This document shows positions 46,132 to 48,878 of a stretch of 48,878 nt of DNA, one piece after another. This DNA is from a virus (Duplodnaviria; Caudoviricetes): the IMG/VR virus record IMGVR_UViG_3300037183_000039, positions 1 to 48,878 of that record; one strand, given 5' to 3'. Under the pieces are notes generated by a model, which saw only the letters and a program-made list of their open reading frames with translations, did not search any database and was not told where the DNA came from. Every line of letters begins with the position of its first letter. The stretch's first letter is position 1. A program made the position numbers and the translations under genes.

Positions 46132-47282
46132 GCGAGTTCAATCATATCAGAGACCTTCGGCCCCGTCCCGACGTGGGACAGGAGCGGCTTGGGGATGAAC
46201 GGGATCGTACCGTCGTCCATCAGTCCCTCCACGTAACGGACGAACTGCCGGGAAGGTTCCGTCAGCTCCGACAGCGACCGCTTGCCGCCGTCCTCCGCCC
46301 GGACGTGGTTGATGAAGTTGAGGAAGACATGAGTCGGGGCGCATACCCGGAGGGCCTTCTTGAACTGGGTCTCGGAGAAGGTGAACACGCGCCGGATCTT
46401 GTTGGTCACCGTGGTCCGCTCCACCAGCGAGAGCTTGGAGTCCGACATCCGCTCCAGGTCCTCCCATTTGATCTCCGACTGGTCCGCGTAGAAGGGACCG
46501 GAGTCGCCGACCTTGACCATGACGTCGTCCTTGCCGTACATGCCCTTGGGGTCCTGGACAATTCCTGGTCCCTTCTCCATCTGGTGGCCGACCCGGATCG
46601 GGAAGGCCCTGATGCACCCATAGACGTCCCCGATGAGCTGGGGCGGCACCCCGGCATCATTGAGGATCTGGGACGGAGTCACGTCACGGGAAGTGCAGTA
46701 GGGCCACAGGTGGCCGTGGTTGATGGACAGGTCGAATCCCTGGGCCCCCTCGGCGAGGCACAGCGCCCCACCCGCCAGGAAGGTCCGTAGGTAGGCGGTC
46801 GTGTCGCCGATCCACTCCTTCAGCTCCCGGCAGTCCTTGGCCAGAACTGTCAACGTGGCACCCGGGGTGCGCATCATCTTTCCAACCATAGAAGCTGCGG
46901 TCCCCTGCTGGGTGGAGGAGATGTGCTTCAACGACTCCCTCTCCTTGGTCTTGTGGATTTCCAGGACCACTGCCGCGTGAGGGTGAATCATGAGCCGCTT
47001 CTGGGCCTTGTGGGTCTCGACCTCCTCCAGGAGTCGGTAGATATCGATGACCGAGCCCGGGTTGAGAAGGAGGCGGGTGTCCGGGTCCAGGGCCGCGACC
47101 GGAAGCATCTTGAACACGTGCTTCTTGCCGTCGTCCAGGACCGCTGTGTGTCCGGCGTTGGGGCCGAAGTTAGTTGTGGCCGCCGCGATCTCGTGCTTGT
47201 CCGACAGCCAGTGGACCATCTTCCCCTTGGCCTCGGAACCCCACTGGAGTCCCATCACTACGTTCAGCGCGTACCGTCTCAT
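46128..47282 (-). CDS. purZ: PurZ-type adenylosuccinate synthetase paralogue (2-amino-dAMP-succinate synthetase candidate)
   Basis: QWGSEAKGK (Ser for PurA Asp13), GPNAGHT, EGAQG, PYCTSR, RAFPIRV, ERTTVT..IRRVF, FLNFIN, GTGP; short archaeal-type length. Confidence 0.88.
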   Translation of the reverse strand: MRRYALNVVMGLQWGSEAKGKMVHWLSDKHEIAAATTNFGPNAGHTAVLDDGKKHVFKMLPVAALDPDTRLLLNPGSVIDIYRLLEEVETHKAQKRLMIHPHAAVVLEIHKTKERESLKHISSTQQGTAASMVGKMMRTPGATLTVLAKDCRELKEWIGDTTAYLRTFLAGGALCLAEGAQGFDLSINHGHLWPYCTSRDVTPSQILNDAGVPPQLIGDVYGCIRAFPIRVGHQMEKGPGIVQDPKGMYGKDDVMVKVGDSGPFYADQSEIKWEDLERMSDSKLSLVERTTVTNKIRRVFTFSETQFKKALRVCAPTHVFLNFINHVRAEDGGKRSLSELTEPSRQFVRYVEGLMDDGTIPFIPKPLLSHVGTGPKVSDMIELA

Positions 47283-47585
47283 ATCTTCCTCGTCCTAAAA
47301 GTTTAAGGGCGGTGGCGTACCCTGCTAGACCCACCGCAGACCGGAGTCTCCTCTAACGGGCCGGATAGAGAGTTAAGACCCGAGCAGGATTTAACGGCCC
47401 AGCACTTAGAGCCCTAAAAGATCAAACCGTTTCCCAACGTGCCAATCCGGGCTCTCTGTGGCACTGGCGTTAGCGGTATCACTCCGTCAGCTCCGGCGTC
47501 CCGGGGCCCAACCTCGAGGCTTTCCGCCAGCACCACAGGGAGCCCCCGGGCTTTTGAGGGCCCGGGAGCGAGAGACGAGGGAAGT

Positions 47586-48515
47586 CTATTTCTTCTTCGT
47601 CACCGCGCCCTTCACAGGCGGCTTGGCGACGGTCTTCTTGGGCGGCGGGGCGGGTTCCTCCTCCGTCTCGAGGTCGACGTTCTCCTCCTCGGCGGGGACG
47701 TCCTCGGCCGACTCGGACTCCTCGGCGGGAGTCTCCTCTTCCTCGGCGGGGGTCTCCTCAGCCGTCTCCTCGACGGCTTCCTCGGTGACCTCCTCCTCAG
47801 CCGTCTCCTCGACGGCTTCCTCCTCGGAGGCGGCTTCGGCGCCGGGCGCGGGCAGGATTCCCAGCTCCAGGAAGCCCTCGGGCGTGTAGAAGTCCTTGAC
47901 CTCGGCGAGGATCGTCGGCGGGATGGGCTTGCAGTTCGCCGCATCCCGGACCTGGACCTTGTACATGTCCGAGCCCTTCGCCTTGGAGTTGAACGAGATG
48001 ACGAAGTCCCGAGCCTTGCATCCCAGGAGCTTCTCCCCGCCGGGGCCGTAGTCGGTGTCGGCGAGGCAGCCCAGCATGGAGTTGTAGACGCTCTTGGGGA
48101 GCATCACGTGGCGCATCTTGAAGCCCTTGGTCACCGGGTCGCGCTCCTCGGTGTCCACGATGTTGACCGCGTACTTGGTCTGGGGTGCCATGTCCTTCCC
48201 GCGCTTCTGGTCCTGTTCGGCCTTGGAGGCCAGGAGCCGGGCCGACTGCTTCACCAGCTCCGGCGAGGTCATGCACGGGCGGTTGTCCTTGGCGACCCCG
48301 AAGTGGATCGTGACCGGGCGGTCGGCCTCCTCCACCACCTTACCCAGCTTCTCCTTCGGGAAGTAGCCGTTCTTCACGTCGTCCGGCGTGACCTTGTGCT
48401 TGAATGAGAAGAGCCGGATCCGATTGGGCTTCCCATCCTTGAACTTGAAGCGATCCCCCGACGACTTGGAGGACTCTTCCTTCCTCTGCTCGATGCGCGA
48501 AATGTCCAGACCCAC
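47586..48515 (-). CDS. single-stranded DNA-binding protein (gp32-like) with long acidic tail
   Basis: FKFKDG.NRIR, Y.VNIVD, DF.I....G...YKV; Glu-rich EETAEEE repeats; SD AAGGAG + GTG. Confidence 0.7.
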   Translation of the reverse strand: MGLDISRIEQRKEESSKSSGDRFKFKDGKPNRIRLFSFKHKVTPDDVKNGYFPKEKLGKVVEEADRPVTIHFGVAKDNRPCMTSPELVKQSARLLASKAEQDQKRGKDMAPQTKYAVNIVDTEERDPVTKGFKMRHVMLPKSVYNSMLGCLADTDYGPGGEKLLGCKARDFVISFNSKAKGSDMYKVQVRDAANCKPIPPTILAEVKDFYTPEGFLELGILPAPGAEAASEEEAVEETAEEEVTEEAVEETAEETPAEEEETPAEESESAEDVPAEEENVDLETEEEPAPPPKKTVAKPPVKGAVTKKK

Positions 48516-48538
48516 TGATATCTCCTTAAAGTTGAAAA

Positions 48539-48751
48539 CTAGGAGCGGGCGGTCCGCTGGGACTTGCCGACGGCGGTCTCCACTTCCTTGACCGCGTCGT
48601 TGAGCCAGCCTTCGGCGACGTTCTTGAGCCGGGTCTTGGCTTCCGACGGCTTCTCCCCGGCCTTGACGACGTCGTCGACCGAGAACTCGTACCGGACCGA
48701 CTCGTAATTGCCGATGTTGATGGTCCGGCCGACACTTACCATTACTCTCAT
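48539..48751 (-). CDS. conserved small phage protein
   Basis: GRTINIGNYESVR motif; SD GGAGG. Confidence 0.75.
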   Translation of the reverse strand: MRVMVSVGRTINIGNYESVRYEFSVDDVVKAGEKPSEAKTRLKNVAEGWLNDAVKEVETAVGKSQRTARS

Positions 48752-48768
48752 TTTTCCTCCGATTTGTG

Positions 48769-48878
48769 CAGCCGGAACGCCCGGCAGGCACAACCCCGTT
48801 CACGGCACCCGGTCGAGAGTTCGAGAGCGGGCATGAGGGTAACGACAGTGACTTTCCTGCCGTCGCGCTGCTTGAACC
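48769..48878. repeat. 110-bp terminal direct repeat, copy 2
   Basis: identical to 24-133. Confidence 0.95.

Noticed and set aside
47425-47444. Additional sigma-54 site upstream of purZ (minus strand TTGGCACG)
   Set aside because: -24 element present but no TTGC at the required spacing.

Overview
The window looks like an essentially complete, circularly permuted genome of a GC-rich tailed dsDNA phage, about 48.7 kb. Positions 24-133 are repeated exactly at 48769-48878, and the replication operon reads through that junction. No integrase, transposase, repressor, tRNA or CRISPR array is recognisable. Modules: (1) replication and nucleotide metabolism on the minus strand, wrapping the ends: SSB, a PurZ-type adenylosuccinate-synthetase paralogue, adenylate-kinase-like kinase, dimeric dUTPase-family pyrophosphatase, NDT/DNPH1-like protein, DnaB helicase, primase, Cas4-like exonuclease, resolvase, and a UDG-family-4/PolA fusion polymerase; (2) Mu-like head genes, terminase and portal, then an unusual tail module with a very short tape-measure-like gene, an extensin-like polyproline protein, a repeat tail fibre, two prolyl-4-hydroxylase-like 2OG-Fe(II) oxygenases and holin/lipoprotein candidates; (3) a divergent control region (about 35.55-36.33 kb) with origin-like repeats and palindromes and seven sigma-54-type -24/-12 boxes, followed by plus-strand early genes (DUF932, a sigma factor, HNH). 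The best candidates for new biology are a variant Z-genome (2-aminoadenine) cassette lacking DatZ/MazZ, paired with a polymerase that has lost canonical minor-groove and dNTP-contact residues; a P4H plus extensin-like virion protein pair; and the sigma-54 box array. All calls come from reading motifs by eye; no searches were run.
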